Shown: positions 40,053 to 50,673 of the stretch, in pieces
Layout of the letters: each line of letters opens with the position of its first letter
How positions within the stretch are numbered: the stretch's first letter is position 1
NCBI GenBank assembly: GCA_963820525.1
Contig: CAWGAA010000003.1
Coordinates: forward strand, 32,001 to 96,000
DNA from: an uncultured Spirochaetota bacterium
GTDB lineage: Bacteria; Spirochaetota; Spirochaetia; SZUA-6; Fen-1364
DNA: 64,000 bases
Reading direction: 5' to 3'
Program-made: the position numbers and the translations under genes
The notes under the pieces: generated by a model
Database searches by the model: none
Told to the model about the DNA's origin: nothing
What the model saw: only the letters and a program-made list of their open reading frames with translations

Positions 40053-40209
40053 CGCCCGTCCCCCCTCGTATCCGTCTACTATAGCCCACGAGAATCACGG
40101 TTTCAATGTTTCGATCGGGCCCGTCTCTGGCTGAAGGCGCTACCGCGAGGGAGATGATGACGAAGGGGCCGCGGACTTCGGTCCGCGGAGAGCACCTCCC
40201 GTGCAAACC

Positions 40210-41016
40210 CTAGAAGCTCTTAAGCGAGCCGGGCGGGAAATCCCACTCCGGTGTTCGAAGCCCTGTGCCGCCGGGATTGCGGTACCAGGGGTTGATCGGC
40301 TCGTCGCTCTTCAGAATCTGGATTTCCTGGGCCGGCATGTAGCTCTGGGCGAGCAGGAAAATCTTCCCAGTAACGCGCGGACTTTCGGCCACATCCACTA
40401 CGATGACGGCATGTCCTGGGCTGCCGCCCTGGATGAAGATGTCTCCGATGGCGATTTCTTCAACGCTCTTTCTTGAGAGCTGGCGCGAAAGCGACAGGGT
40501 ACCGGCATAGCCATAGATGAACAGCAGGTACTCCTCGAACACCGGCCGGGAGACTCCCCGCCTGCCGGTCCGTACCCACCGCACGCTGTTGTTCTTCACC
40601 CTGGGCCTGTACCCATCCATCCACCGCGAGAAGGGGGCATCCATTCCGTTGGTAATGGAAAAGCTTATCTCGCTGTATCGCTTTGCGGAATAGAGCCATT
40701 CACCCCTCAGCTTCATGATGGCATCTGCGCACTGAAGCAGGTCCATGTCCCCGACCGGCAAATCCACCACGGATTCGTAGACGTCACGAGTCTTAATGCG
40801 CCCGTCGAAGTAGTGGACCTTCTCTCCATACTTCTTCAAAGGAAGGTTTCTCAGATACTCGGCAAAGCTCCCGCTCTCCACCGCGCGCCTCGAGAACCCG
40901 TCCGGAGCGCGGAAGCGCGCCCCGACGGTCATGCCCGAAGGATCGATGAGGCTGCTCTGGGCACATGCGTCGAGAGCGGCGAGACAGAGGAGAACCGGGA
41001 GCAAGACCGATTTCAT
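40210..41016 (-). CDS. DUF4846-like secreted protein
   Basis: SFAEYLRNLPLK; DLLQCADA; YAGTLSL; GGSPGHAV; LAQSYMPAQ. Confidence 0.8.
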   Translation of the reverse strand: MKSVLLPVLLCLAALDACAQSSLIDPSGMTVGARFRAPDGFSRRAVESGSFAEYLRNLPLKKYGEKVHYFDGRIKTRDVYESVVDLPVGDMDLLQCADAIMKLRGEWLYSAKRYSEISFSITNGMDAPFSRWMDGYRPRVKNNSVRWVRTGRRGVSRPVFEEYLLFIYGYAGTLSLSRQLSRKSVEEIAIGDIFIQGGSPGHAVIVVDVAESPRVTGKIFLLAQSYMPAQEIQILKSDEPINPWYRNPGGTGLRTPEWDFPPGSLKSF

Positions 41017-42044
41017 TGCGGCACGATCACGGTGCGTATCCCGCCCTCGAACCTTTCCAGCGCGTCGAGGGCATCATTGACGGCTTCGGCGTCCAGCGGG
41101 ATGGTGCGCGTGACAACGCGCGAGAGGTCCAGCGCACCCTCTCGCGCCAGCTCGATCAGGGGGGGAAGCTCGTGGAGCAGGTGATCGTTTGAGCCGATCA
41201 GCTCCGCCTCGTTTCCCAGAAGCTCCCTGTAGGTGTCGAGCTGGAGCGGCTCGTCGCTTATCCCGACGATCACGGCCCGGCCCCGGACGGCGAGGCTCTG
41301 CACCGCCTGGCGCATAGTCTGCGCCCTGCCCACCAGCTCGAGGGCTACGTCAACGCCCTGCCCATCCGTCAGGCGGCGGATCTCGGCCACGGGGTCCACC
41401 GTGCGGGCGTTCACCGCCCTGGCGCCGAAGCTCGCCGCCAGGGCGAGCTTTTCCTCGTTCCTGTCCACGGCAAAGACGCGCAGCGCGCCGAAGGCCTTTG
41501 CCAGCTGCACGGCGGACATCCCCAGCCCCCCGATTCCGAAGACCGCGACGGTTTCACCCACATCCATGCCCGATTTTCGAAGGGCATGGTAGGAGGTCGC
41601 CGAAGCGCACATGAGCGTAGCCCCCTGCTCGAAGGGAATCTCATCGGGCAAGGGCACGGCATTGCGCTCCGGAACCGCTATGTACTCGGTGTAGCCTCCA
41701 TCCCTGTAATGGCCGATCATGAGGCACGTGGAGCAGAATTGCTCGTTGCCCTTCCTGCACTGCGGGCATTCGCCGCAGGTGATGTTGTAATGGAGGCAGA
41801 CACGGTCCCCTTCCGCGCGTTCCGTCACCTCGGCGCCCACCCGCGCCACTACCCCGGCCACCTCGTGTCCCAGGGTCATGGGCAGGGGTCGGACCGGCGA
41901 CCTCCCCGCCCGGTAGTGGACGTCGGAATGGCAGATGCCGGCGGCGCGGACGCGCACCAGGACGTCCTTCGGGCCAATCTCGGGCACGGGAACCTCTTGA
42001 AGCTGGAGAGGCCGCCCCACCTCGATCAAACGCACCGCTTTCAC
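41013..42044 (-). CDS. Zinc-dependent alcohol dehydrogenase (MDR family)
   Basis: GICHSD, GHE, CGECPQC...C, GIGGLG. Confidence 0.93.
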   Translation of the reverse strand: MKAVRLIEVGRPLQLQEVPVPEIGPKDVLVRVRAAGICHSDVHYRAGRSPVRPLPMTLGHEVAGVVARVGAEVTERAEGDRVCLHYNITCGECPQCRKGNEQFCSTCLMIGHYRDGGYTEYIAVPERNAVPLPDEIPFEQGATLMCASATSYHALRKSGMDVGETVAVFGIGGLGMSAVQLAKAFGALRVFAVDRNEEKLALAASFGARAVNARTVDPVAEIRRLTDGQGVDVALELVGRAQTMRQAVQSLAVRGRAVIVGISDEPLQLDTYRELLGNEAELIGSNDHLLHELPPLIELAREGALDLSRVVTRTIPLDAEAVNDALDALERFEGGIRTVIVPQ

Positions 42045-42102
42045 TGCACGTCCTCCCTTTGGCGGCCAGCATCGACGGAGGCGGCCGCCTCCCTGCTGCG
42101 GC

Positions 42103-42663
42103 TCAAAACCACTTCGAGACTTTCAAGCCCGGCTTCCACTGCACCACATATTCTACGGCCTGCCGGGGCGTGGAAACCACGGCGTACAGGGCGCGGAAAA
42201 CGGGCTTTGCGAACTTCTCGGCATACAGCCGCTCGAAGACGTTCACGAGGGGGTCGTAGAACCCCTCTGTATTGACGAAGGCCACCGGTTTCGACAAGAG
42301 GCCGAGCTGGCCCAGGGTGATGATCTCCAGCACCTCCTCGAGGGTCCCGAAACCCCCGGGAAGGGAAATGAAGGCGTCCGAAAGCTCCTCCATCTTCGCC
42401 TTTCTCTCCCTGAGGTCCGCGGTGACAACGAGGCGGTCAACGTCCGAGTCGGTCCTTTCGGCGATGAATCTCGGGATCACCCCGGTTACGGCCGCCCCGT
42501 TCTCCCGGGCGGCCCGGGACACCGCGCCCATGAGCCCGAAACGTCCGCCGCCGTAGATGAGGGAGTGGCCCTCACGCGCGATACGGGCGCCAAGGTCGGA
42601 CGCCGCCGCCACGTAGCCGTCCGCCACGGCGCTGCTGGAGGAGCAGAAGACGCAGATGTTCAT
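42103..42663 (-). CDS. LOG-family nucleotide phosphoribohydrolase
   Basis: ICVFCSSS; YGGG..GLMG; PGGFGTLEE. Confidence 0.92.
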   Translation of the reverse strand: MNICVFCSSSSAVADGYVAAASDLGARIAREGHSLIYGGGRFGLMGAVSRAARENGAAVTGVIPRFIAERTDSDVDRLVVTADLRERKAKMEELSDAFISLPGGFGTLEEVLEIITLGQLGLLSKPVAFVNTEGFYDPLVNVFERLYAEKFAKPVFRALYAVVSTPRQAVEYVVQWKPGLKVSKWF

Positions 42664-42795
42664 GGAGTGCCTTTCCTCTTGCGCCACTGTACCCAAGGCC
42701 CCTCGCCTTGATCAAGGCGAGGCTCTCACGGCGCGGAAGGCGCGCCTTGACGGGCGACGGGCGCCGCGCCGCCCTCTTGACACGATGGGCCACCC

Positions 42796-42834
42796 ACTGT
42801 ATTTTTATGCGGTCCAGCTGAATAAATATCCAAC
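42796..42834 (+). promoter_or_regulatory. Tandem ARG boxes (ArgR operators)
   Basis: ACTGTATTTTTATGCGGT and GCTGAATAAATATCCAAC: two 18-mers 3 bp apart, directly upstream of argR. Confidence 0.8.
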
Positions 42835-42869
42835 GCGCCGAGGCAGGGGCTGGAAAGGGAGAGCACGCC

Positions 42870-43334
42870 GTGAGCACCCGGAGCACGCGCTTCGCCGCCA
42901 TTCGCAGGATCATCGCGGGCAGGAGCGTGGACAGCCAGGAGAGACTGATCGAGCTCCTGCGCCGGGAAGGCTTCCAGGCCACCCAGGCCACCCTGTCCCG
43001 GGACCTGAAGTCCCTGGGCATCGGGAAGGTTCCCCGGCAGGACGGCGGATACACGTACACCCTTCCCGACCCGGAGGTCAAACCCGGCAAGGACTCGACC
43101 TTCGTGGCGGACTTCATGCGGGGATTCCTCTCGCTGGAGTTCTCCGGAAGCTTCGGGCTCATCAAGACCCTGCCCGGCCATGCGAGCAGCGTCGCCTCGG
43201 CCCTGGACAACCTGCGGATCCGGGAGATCCTGGGAACGATCGCGGGGGACGACACGATTTTGGTCATCCCCCGAAGCGGAGTGACGCGGCCCCGCCTGCT
43301 GGCCGCCTTGCGCAAGCGCCTGCCCGAGCTTTGA
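42870..43334 (+). CDS. argR: Arginine repressor
   Basis: TQATLSRDL; KTLPG; GTIAGDDT. Confidence 0.96.
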   Translation: MSTRSTRFAAIRRIIAGRSVDSQERLIELLRREGFQATQATLSRDLKSLGIGKVPRQDGGYTYTLPDPEVKPGKDSTFVADFMRGFLSLEFSGSFGLIKTLPGHASSVASALDNLRIREILGTIAGDDTILVIPRSGVTRPRLLAALRKRLPEL

Positions 43335-43367
43335 AAGCTCGGGCGAGCGACAGGAGGAGCACATCGA

Positions 43368-44429
43368 ATGAAGACAGCGGTTCTGGGAGCCACCGGCTAC
43401 ACCGGCCTCATCCTTTTGCGGCTGCTCGCGGAGCATCCCGACGTCACCGATATTCTTCCGGTTTCATCTTCCCACGCGGGACAGAGCGTGCGGTCCGTCG
43501 ACCCCGGGCTCGCCCCGGCCATCGAGCGGAAGCTGAAGCTTTCCGATGGAAAGCTCCTCACCATGGCGCAGGCGGTTCAGGCCGTCGAAGGCCCCGGGAT
43601 CGACGCCGTTTTCGCCGGCCTGCCTCACCTGAAATCGGCGGAGCTGTGCGCGCCGTTCATCGGAAGGAGCGTCGTTATCGACCTTTCCGCGGACTTCCGC
43701 TTCCGCGATCCCGAGGCCTTTGCCCGGACATACGGCGCCCCGCACCCGAAGCCGGAGCTTCTGGACAAAGCGGTGTACGGCCTTGCCGAGTGGCATCGCA
43801 ATGCAATCAAGAACGCGGACCTCATCGCGCAGCCCGGCTGCTACCCCACCGCAACCCTCCTTCCGCTCCTCCCTCTGGCCAGGGAAGGTCTTCTGAAGGG
43901 GACGGTCATCGCCAATGCCATCTCGGGCATCTCGGGGGCCGGCAAGAAGGAGCGGATGGACCTGTTGTACTGCGAGCGCACGGAGAACGCGGGAGCGTAT
44001 AACCCCGGAAAAGTGCATCGCCATGCGCCGGAGATCGAGAAGGAGCTGAAGGCCGCTGCGCCTTCCCTGGACCTGCTCTTCACGCCTCACCTCGCGCCGA
44101 TCAAGAGAGGCATGGCGGTCACCACCGTGGTCGAGCTTGCCAAGGACCTGCCGGAGAGCGGCGCGGGAAGCGTCGAATCGGTGTATCAAATCTATTATGG
44201 AAGCGCGCCGTTCATCTGCCTGGCGGCCGCCGGGCGAATTCCGCAGACCCGGGAGGTCTGGGGCTCCAACCGCTGCGACATCGGCTGGCATCGCGAAGGC
44301 CGCCATCTCATTCTCTTCTCAGCCATCGACAACCTTGTGAAGGGCGCTTCCGGCAATGCGCTTCAATGCATGAATATCCGCTTCGGCCTCGACGAAACGG
44401 CGGGGCTTCGCGCCTATGGGGAGCTGTGA
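43368..44429 (+). CDS. argC: N-acetyl-gamma-glutamyl-phosphate reductase
   Basis: GATGYTG; IDLSADFR; PGCYPT; SGISGAG; DNLVKGASG. Confidence 0.97.
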   Translation: MKTAVLGATGYTGLILLRLLAEHPDVTDILPVSSSHAGQSVRSVDPGLAPAIERKLKLSDGKLLTMAQAVQAVEGPGIDAVFAGLPHLKSAELCAPFIGRSVVIDLSADFRFRDPEAFARTYGAPHPKPELLDKAVYGLAEWHRNAIKNADLIAQPGCYPTATLLPLLPLAREGLLKGTVIANAISGISGAGKKERMDLLYCERTENAGAYNPGKVHRHAPEIEKELKAAAPSLDLLFTPHLAPIKRGMAVTTVVELAKDLPESGAGSVESVYQIYYGSAPFICLAAAGRIPQTREVWGSNRCDIGWHREGRHLILFSAIDNLVKGASGNALQCMNIRFGLDETAGLRAYGEL

Positions 44430-44430
44430 C

Positions 44431-45198
44431 GTGGAAACGGTCCTGGTAAAAATCGGGGGAAAGACGGCGGAGAAGGAAGAGCGGCTGCGCCGGCTCTGCG
44501 CCGAAATGGCCGGGCTGTCCAGACGCTCGCGGTTTCTGCTCGTGCACGGGGGCGGCGCCGAGGTGACGGCCTTGTCGTGGAGACTCGGGATCGAGGCTGT
44601 ATTCACGGACGGGATCCGGCAGACCTCTCCGGCGGAGATGGACATCGTCGACATGGTGCTTTCGGGAAAGATCAACAAGCACCTGGCACGGCTCTGCACC
44701 GCATTCGGGGTCAAGGCGGTGGGGATAAGCTGCTCGGACGGCGGGGTCCTTATCGGCAGACCCGCAGGCGGGGAGGCCGGAAGCAGGACGGGAGAGGTGG
44801 AGGCCGTGGATCCCGCGCTCCTGGTGCTGCTCTTGAAGGCCGGCTATCTGCCCGTGATCTCCCCGACTTCGATGGACCGCCAGGGCCTCGGCCTGAATAT
44901 CAATGCCGACTCCGCCGCTTTCGCTCTGGCGGCCTCGCTATCAGCCGACTCTCTGGTGTTCCTCTCCGACATCCCCGGCATCCTGCGTGACGGCGAAGTC
45001 ATTCGGGACATCACGGCGATCGAGGCGAAAGCCCTCATTGACGCCGGGGTTGTCACGGGCGGAATGATCCCCAAGGTCACGGCCTCTCTCGACGCCATCT
45101 CTCACGGGGTGCGGAACGTGATCATCGGCCAGTACGACGGGGAGGGGGCACTCGCAGCCCTCCTCGATGGGAAACGGGGAACCCGCATCCGCAGGTGA
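44431..45198 (+). CDS. argB: Acetylglutamate kinase
   Basis: VKIGG; VHGGG; LNINAD; GGMIPKV. Confidence 0.96.
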   Translation: METVLVKIGGKTAEKEERLRRLCAEMAGLSRRSRFLLVHGGGAEVTALSWRLGIEAVFTDGIRQTSPAEMDIVDMVLSGKINKHLARLCTAFGVKAVGISCSDGGVLIGRPAGGEAGSRTGEVEAVDPALLVLLLKAGYLPVISPTSMDRQGLGLNINADSAAFALAASLSADSLVFLSDIPGILRDGEVIRDITAIEAKALIDAGVVTGGMIPKVTASLDAISHGVRNVIIGQYDGEGALAALLDGKRGTRIRR

Positions 45199-45216
45199 CC
45201 TGAAAGGACGAAAGGA

Positions 45217-46410
45217 ATGCAGGAAAAATCGGCCATGACGGGAGACCTCCCCCTCCCCAAGCAGTACGGCACGGAGCTTCTGGTCATCTCGCGGGGGGAC
45301 GGGGCGTGGCTGGAGGATGTGGCGGGCAAGCGGTACCTGGATTTCGCGGGCGGGATCGCGGTGAATGCCCTGGGATACGGCAGGGAAGACCTGGCGCGGG
45401 CGGCGTACGAGCAGATAAAGAAGCTGCCCCACGTCTCCAACGTTTTCACCACGGAGCCGGCGCTGGCGCTTGGCCGCGCGTTGATCGCCTCCGGGCCCTT
45501 CGCGGCGGTACACTTCGGAAACAGCGGCACCGAAGCGAACGAGGCTGCGCTGAAGTACGCGCGCCTCTATGCGGCCCGCACCAGGGGCAAGGGGCACGAG
45601 AAGCTGCTCTGTTTCGCCAACGCGTTCCATGGCCGCACGATGGGCGCCCTCTCCTGCACGCCAAACCCCAAGTACCAGGGCCCGTACGAGCCGCTCATTC
45701 CCGGGGTCTCCGTGGCGCCCTTCAACGACGTGCGCGCCCTGGAGAAGACGCTGAGCGCGAAGTACGCCGGGGTGATCGTCGAGGTGATTCAAGGCGAGGG
45801 GGGCCTCGCCGTCATGACGGACGAGTTCGCGCGGGCGCTCAACGCGGCGTGCCGCAAGCACGACGTCATTCTCATCGCGGACGAGGTGCAGACCGGAATG
45901 GGCCGCACGGGCAGCCTCTACGCTTCCAGCGCCGTGGGACTCGAGCCTGACATCATAACGCTCGCCAAGCCGCTGGCCGGCGGGCTTCCCCTTTCTGCGA
46001 CGCTTATCCCCGCCAGGATCAACGATCTGATCCACTTCGGAGATCACGGAACAACCTTCGGCGGCGGGCCGGTGACCACAGCGGTGGCAATGAAGGTCTG
46101 GCAGACCATCAATCAGCCCGGCTTCCTCGATGATGTGCGGCGCAAGGGAGAGGTGCTGAGGAAAGCCCTCGAAGGGCTCAAGGCAGGCAGCCCGCGGGTC
46201 GGCGAGCTTCGGGGAATGGGGCTCCTGCAGGGTTTCGAATACAAAAGCGAGGGTGCGGACGATGTCGCCGCGCTTCTTGCCCGGCTGCGGGACAAGGGGC
46301 TCCTGGCCCTGCGCTCCGGCTCGAGCGTTCTTCGCATCGCGCCTCCCCTGGTGATCGGGGAGGATGAAATTGCACAAGGCGTCGACATCATCAGGGAGGC
46401 ATTGTCATGA
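45217..46410 (+). CDS. argD: Acetylornithine aminotransferase
   Basis: [46 protein letters not shown]. Confidence 0.94.
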   Translation: MQEKSAMTGDLPLPKQYGTELLVISRGDGAWLEDVAGKRYLDFAGGIAVNALGYGREDLARAAYEQIKKLPHVSNVFTTEPALALGRALIASGPFAAVHFGNSGTEANEAALKYARLYAARTRGKGHEKLLCFANAFHGRTMGALSCTPNPKYQGPYEPLIPGVSVAPFNDVRALEKTLSAKYAGVIVEVIQGEGGLAVMTDEFARALNAACRKHDVILIADEVQTGMGRTGSLYASSAVGLEPDIITLAKPLAGGLPLSATLIPARINDLIHFGDHGTTFGGGPVTTAVAMKVWQTINQPGFLDDVRRKGEVLRKALEGLKAGSPRVGELRGMGLLQGFEYKSEGADDVAALLARLRDKGLLALRSGSSVLRIAPPLVIGEDEIAQGVDIIREALS

Positions 46411-47654
46411 GTGAAGGAAACGGATTCAAGACGGAGGCAAAGCGGAAGGAGGTGAAGAAGATCGTCCTGGCATACTCGGGCGGCCTGGACACCTCGATCA
46501 TCATCCCCTGGCTGAAGGAGAACTACACGGGCGCCGAGGTTGTGGCCGTGTGCACCGACGTGGGCCAGAACGAGGACCTCTCCGGCCTGGAGGAGAAGGC
46601 CAAGGCATCGGGCGCATCTAGGCTGCACCTGCTGGATCTGCGGGAAGAGTTCGTCCGCGACTACCTCTTTCCCCTGCTGCGCTCGGGCGCGATCTACGAG
46701 GGCAAGTACCTTCTGGGCACCTCCATCGCCCGGCCGCTCCAGGCAAAGGCCCAGGTGGAGGTGGCCCTGAAGGAAGGCGCCGACGCGGTGGCTCACGGCT
46801 GCACGGGCAAGGGCAACGACCAGGTCCGTTTCGAGCTCGCCTACAAGGCGCTCGCTCCCCAGCTCACCGTCATCGCCCCCTGGAGGCTGTGGAGCATCCG
46901 CTCCCGCGAGGAGGCCATCGATTTCGCCAAGACCCACGACATCCCGCTGGGAAACATCTCCAAGAAGAACATCTACTCCCGCGACATGAACGTCTGGCAC
47001 ATGAGCCACGAGGGAGGAGATCTCGAGGATCCCTGGAACCGGCCCATGGAGAGCCTCTTCCAGCTCAGCAAGTCCCCCAAGGACGCGCCGGACAGGGAAA
47101 CCGAGGTCACCATCGATTTCGAGAAGGGAATCCCCGTGGCGGTGAACGGAAAACCGATAGCGGCATTCGAGCTGCTGAAAGCCGTAAACGCGATCGGCGC
47201 GGAGAACGGCATCGGCCGCTCCGACGTGGTGGAGAACCGCCGCGTCGGGATGAAGAGCCGGGGGGTCTACGAGACGCCGGGAGGAACGATCCTCTACACG
47301 GCGCTCCGGGAGCTGGAAATGCTCACCCTGGACGCCGACACCCTGCACTTCAAGCAGTCCGTGGCGCCCGCCTACGCGGACCTCGTATATGGAGGAAAAT
47401 GGTTCACCCCGCTTCGGGAAGCGCTGGAGTCGTTCATGGAGAAGGTCTCGGAACACACGACGGGGTCAGTTCGGCTGGTCCTCTACAAGGGCAACATCGT
47501 CATCGCGGGGCGCAAGTCTCCCTACTCGCTGTACCTGAAGGACCTCGCCTCCTTCGGCGCTTCCAGCTACGATCACGCCGACGCCACCGGATTCATCAAC
47601 CTCTACGGCCTTCCCGCCCTGGTATCGTCGCTGGTGCGGGGAGCGAAGAAGTAG
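46407..47654 (+). CDS. argG: Argininosuccinate synthase
   Basis: [37 protein letters not shown]. Confidence 0.98.
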   Translation: MSEGNGFKTEAKRKEVKKIVLAYSGGLDTSIIIPWLKENYTGAEVVAVCTDVGQNEDLSGLEEKAKASGASRLHLLDLREEFVRDYLFPLLRSGAIYEGKYLLGTSIARPLQAKAQVEVALKEGADAVAHGCTGKGNDQVRFELAYKALAPQLTVIAPWRLWSIRSREEAIDFAKTHDIPLGNISKKNIYSRDMNVWHMSHEGGDLEDPWNRPMESLFQLSKSPKDAPDRETEVTIDFEKGIPVAVNGKPIAAFELLKAVNAIGAENGIGRSDVVENRRVGMKSRGVYETPGGTILYTALRELEMLTLDADTLHFKQSVAPAYADLVYGGKWFTPLREALESFMEKVSEHTTGSVRLVLYKGNIVIAGRKSPYSLYLKDLASFGASSYDHADATGFINLYGLPALVSSLVRGAKK

Positions 47655-47658
47655 GGAC

Positions 47659-48123
47659 ATGGAGCGCGCCGGGATCCTGCGGCCGACGATGCGGCACGTG
47701 GAGGGCATCTTCCAGCTCGTCACGAGGATGTCCTCCCGCGGCTTGATGCTGCCCAGGAGCAAGTACCAGATCGTCACGTCGCTTACCAACTTCCTCATCG
47801 CGGCGGACAGCCGGGGAAACGTCGTGGGATGCGGCGGGCTTTTCCCCCTGTGGACGGACATCGGAGAGATCCGCTCCCTCGCCGTGGATGAAGAGCGGCA
47901 GGGCGCGGGGATCGGAAAGATGCTCGTGGAAGCCCTCCTGGAGGAGGGCCGGCGCCTGGAGATTCCCGAGGTGCTGGCCCTGACCTACCAGGCCGAGTTC
48001 TTCAGCAAGCTCGGCTTCACGCTCACGGACAAGGACAGATTCCCCAGGAAGATCTGGCGCGAGTGCCTCGAGTGCCCCAAGCTCGAGGCATGCGACGAGA
48101 CGGCTATGCACATGCTCCTCTGA
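47659..48123 (+). CDS. argA: Short GNAT N-acetylglutamate synthase-like acetyltransferase
   Basis: MLPRS; EIRSLAV; ALTYQ.EFF; PRKIWRECLECPK..CDE; located in the arg operon. Confidence 0.8.
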   Translation: MERAGILRPTMRHVEGIFQLVTRMSSRGLMLPRSKYQIVTSLTNFLIAADSRGNVVGCGGLFPLWTDIGEIRSLAVDEERQGAGIGKMLVEALLEEGRRLEIPEVLALTYQAEFFSKLGFTLTDKDRFPRKIWRECLECPKLEACDETAMHMLL

Positions 48124-48333
48124 AGCGGGGGGCCGGAATGCCGGCATGGTCCTGAGCGCCGCGCCTCGCGGTGAGAAGATTTTCCAACGGAACGTCCGGG
48201 AAAAAATGCTTGCGTGGTGAAGAAAAACCGGATATAGTCGTTCTGCATTGGTCATGATCTCTGTTGCTTTTCGTTCTGCACCATCCTACTCATGCCCCAA
48301 TCAATTTCAGCTTCTCGAAAAAGGAGTGTCTCT

Positions 48334-48609
48334 ATGGCTGTGAATCTCTACGTAGGGAATCTTCCCTACCGGATTGACGAGGATTCCCTGCGTCAATTGT
48401 TCACCCCGTACGGCGGCGTCGAATCGAGCAAGGTCATCAAGGACCGCCAGACCGGCCGTTCCAAGGGCTTCGGGTTCATCGAGATGACGAGCCAGCCCGA
48501 GGCTGAAGCCGCGATCAAGGCGCTCAATGAGTCCGCGCTCGACGGAAGGAACATCAAGGTCAACTTTGCAAAGCCGAAGGAGCCCGGCCATCGGGGGATG
48601 GAGGAATAG
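48334..48609 (+). CDS. RRM RNA-binding protein
   Basis: RNP2 LYVGNL and RNP1 KGFGFIEM. Confidence 0.95.
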   Translation: MAVNLYVGNLPYRIDEDSLRQLFTPYGGVESSKVIKDRQTGRSKGFGFIEMTSQPEAEAAIKALNESALDGRNIKVNFAKPKEPGHRGMEE

Positions 48610-48635
48610 GTAATCCCTGTTCTATCCTCAGATGG

Positions 48636-48669
48636 AGCCCGAAGCCTGAGCCGGCTTCGGGCTTTTTTT
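48636..48669 (+). terminator. Rho-independent terminator
   Basis: AGCCCGAAGCC-TGAGCC-GGCTTCGGGCT followed by a T run. Confidence 0.85.
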
Positions 48670-50323
48670 ATACGAAAACGTAACGCTTTTTCTGAAATAG
48701 ATTAGCGATGAGCAGGAGAAGCAACACGATACCCAGGCTTTGGGGAAAGTAATCTCCAAACCGCGTGTAGAAGGTAAGGTTTTTTTCCTTATATATCGGG
48801 ACTTCAATCGAAAGCCATTTCCTTTCGAACAATGGCAGGCTTGCGAGAATCTCTCCCTTGGGGCCGACAACCGCCGTGACCCCGCCATTGGTTGATCGGA
48901 CCAGGACCCGCCTGTTCTCGACCGCTCTGAGGCGCGCAACCTGGAAATGCTGGATCTCGGATGAGTTCGTCTTGGACCAATAATCGTTTGTCAGGTTGAT
49001 CCACATGTCGGCCCCATCGAGGATGAAACGACGGCAGAGGTCCGAGTAGGCGTCTTCGAAGCAGATGGGCCCGCCGAACGTGAAGCTTCCCCCGGATGAG
49101 AGGGGAGCGGTAAAAATCGTGATCCTGCTTCCCATGGTCCAGGCATTGGTGATTCCAACCACCCGCCTGAAAAACTCGGCCACTACCTTGTGCTCCGAGA
49201 AAGGGATGTTCTCCGCAAAGGGAACGGGATGGATCTTTCCATAGGTATCGAGAACCTTCCCCTCCGGCGACATGAGGACGGCCCCGTTCATAAACTGCTG
49301 CTTCTGGAGGTCCAAGACCACCACGCCACCGAAAAAGGTATGAATCCCGATCTGCCTGGCGAATGGCATGAGGCGATTGTTCCGGGGGCGGAACTGCCTG
49401 TCGGCCATCACCCAGATGCTGGACACCGAGCCTTCGCTCCAGACGGCAAGGTCTGCGGGAAGCTTTGTCTGTCTCAAGCCCTCGAGGGTCAGCTCCTCGT
49501 TGATGGCCACGCTCTCAGTCACCGCCGCGCCTTCGTTCCACGGATCGATGTCCTGCTGGACCAGGAGGAGCTTGACCGTGCCCGTCGAGGGGACCGGCTG
49601 GGCCATCCTGTACAGCCCGTACGCGAGGACCAGCGCAATCACGATCAGGCCGAAGGCGGCTTGGCGTGGGAAGAGCCCGAGCCGGAACGCCGGCTTTATC
49701 AGGATCCCGTCTTGCAGAGCCGAGCGTGAATCCCACGGCGGGGCCGCCCGACAGGCGAACAGGATCCCTTCGGCGATGAGGGCGTTCACCGCAGCCATGA
49801 GAAGCGACAGGCCCCAGACTCCGGTGACATCGATGAACTGGATCAGCGGGAGCACGTTCTCCACCGGATATGCGACGAGGCCCCAGGGAAATCCGAGGTA
49901 CCCGATGGACTTGAAGTATTCGTAGACGGCCCAACCCGCCGCGAGGAGGAACGGCCTGTAGGCCGGCCTCATCCTGCTGAAACCGCGGAGAAAAGGAAAC
50001 AGGAGCGAGTTGTAGCCGGCGTATCCCAGGATGACTCCGCCGTACGTCCACACCGAGTAGCCTTGAAAGAACATGAGCCAGTAGTTGGCGAGGGCCGTGG
50101 ATAGCGCCCCGAAGAGCACGCCGAGAAGCGATGCGAACCCGAAGGTGGGAGCGCGGCTGATTGCGATGAATACCGGCACAAGACAGACGATCCCGATTGC
50201 CGCGTTGCCGTAATTGAACAGCTCATTCGGCAGACCCAGCGGCAGGAGCACGGCGGAGAGCGCCGCAAGGCCGACGAGGGGCCACCTCGACGAAGGCGGA
50301 AAAGCGGCTGTTTCGATATTCAT
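48668..50323 (-). CDS. lnt: Apolipoprotein N-acyltransferase
   Basis: GFPWG; WSE; YGKIHPVPFAE; ICFED; NLTND; RAVENRR; RSTNGG. Confidence 0.93.
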   Translation of the reverse strand: MNIETAAFPPSSRWPLVGLAALSAVLLPLGLPNELFNYGNAAIGIVCLVPVFIAISRAPTFGFASLLGVLFGALSTALANYWLMFFQGYSVWTYGGVILGYAGYNSLLFPFLRGFSRMRPAYRPFLLAAGWAVYEYFKSIGYLGFPWGLVAYPVENVLPLIQFIDVTGVWGLSLLMAAVNALIAEGILFACRAAPPWDSRSALQDGILIKPAFRLGLFPRQAAFGLIVIALVLAYGLYRMAQPVPSTGTVKLLLVQQDIDPWNEGAAVTESVAINEELTLEGLRQTKLPADLAVWSEGSVSSIWVMADRQFRPRNNRLMPFARQIGIHTFFGGVVVLDLQKQQFMNGAVLMSPEGKVLDTYGKIHPVPFAENIPFSEHKVVAEFFRRVVGITNAWTMGSRITIFTAPLSSGGSFTFGGPICFEDAYSDLCRRFILDGADMWINLTNDYWSKTNSSEIQHFQVARLRAVENRRVLVRSTNGGVTAVVGPKGEILASLPLFERKWLSIEVPIYKEKNLTFYTRFGDYFPQSLGIVLLLLLIANLFQKKRYVFV

Positions 50324-50529
50324 TGTCGTGGAACGAGGGTAGCCGAAGCCGCCTTTCTCGGCAAGGGAGGCTGTCCTGCCGCGGGCCGCGCTGGAACTGG
50401 CGCGCGGCGGCGCGGCAGGGCATGGCGCCCGCGGCTACGCGGGCCGCGATGCAACCGACGCGCGGCGGGGCCGGGAGCATGGCGCCCGCGCCTCTGCGGG
50501 CCGCGTTTCGCCGCCCCGAGCATGGATTC

Positions 50530-50559
50530 TTGACAACCGGCGCCCTCGTGGAGTAAATT
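50530..50559 (+). promoter_or_regulatory. Putative sigma70 promoter of the tRNA
   Basis: TTGACA-18 bp-TAAATT, 13 nt upstream of the tRNA. Confidence 0.6.
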
Positions 50560-50572
50560 GCGCCTGAAAAAT

Positions 50573-50647
50573 CGGGCTGTAGCGCAGCTGGTTTAGCGTA
50601 CTTGCTTGGGGTGCAAGGGGTCGGCGGTTCAAATCCGCCCAGCCCGA
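50573..50647 (+). tRNA. tRNA-Pro(GGG), CCA not encoded
   Basis: Acceptor CGGGCTG/CAGCCCG; anticodon arm CTTGC-TTGGGGT-GCAAG; T-loop GTTCAAATC. Confidence 0.95.
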
Positions 50648-50673
50648 TTTTCTTCATCACGACCCGCCAAAAA

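Noticed and set aside
42572..47746. Long overlapping and antisense ORFs across the arg operon (and similar ones elsewhere)
   Set aside because: Shadow ORFs expected at high GC; Arg/Pro/Gly-rich with no motifs.
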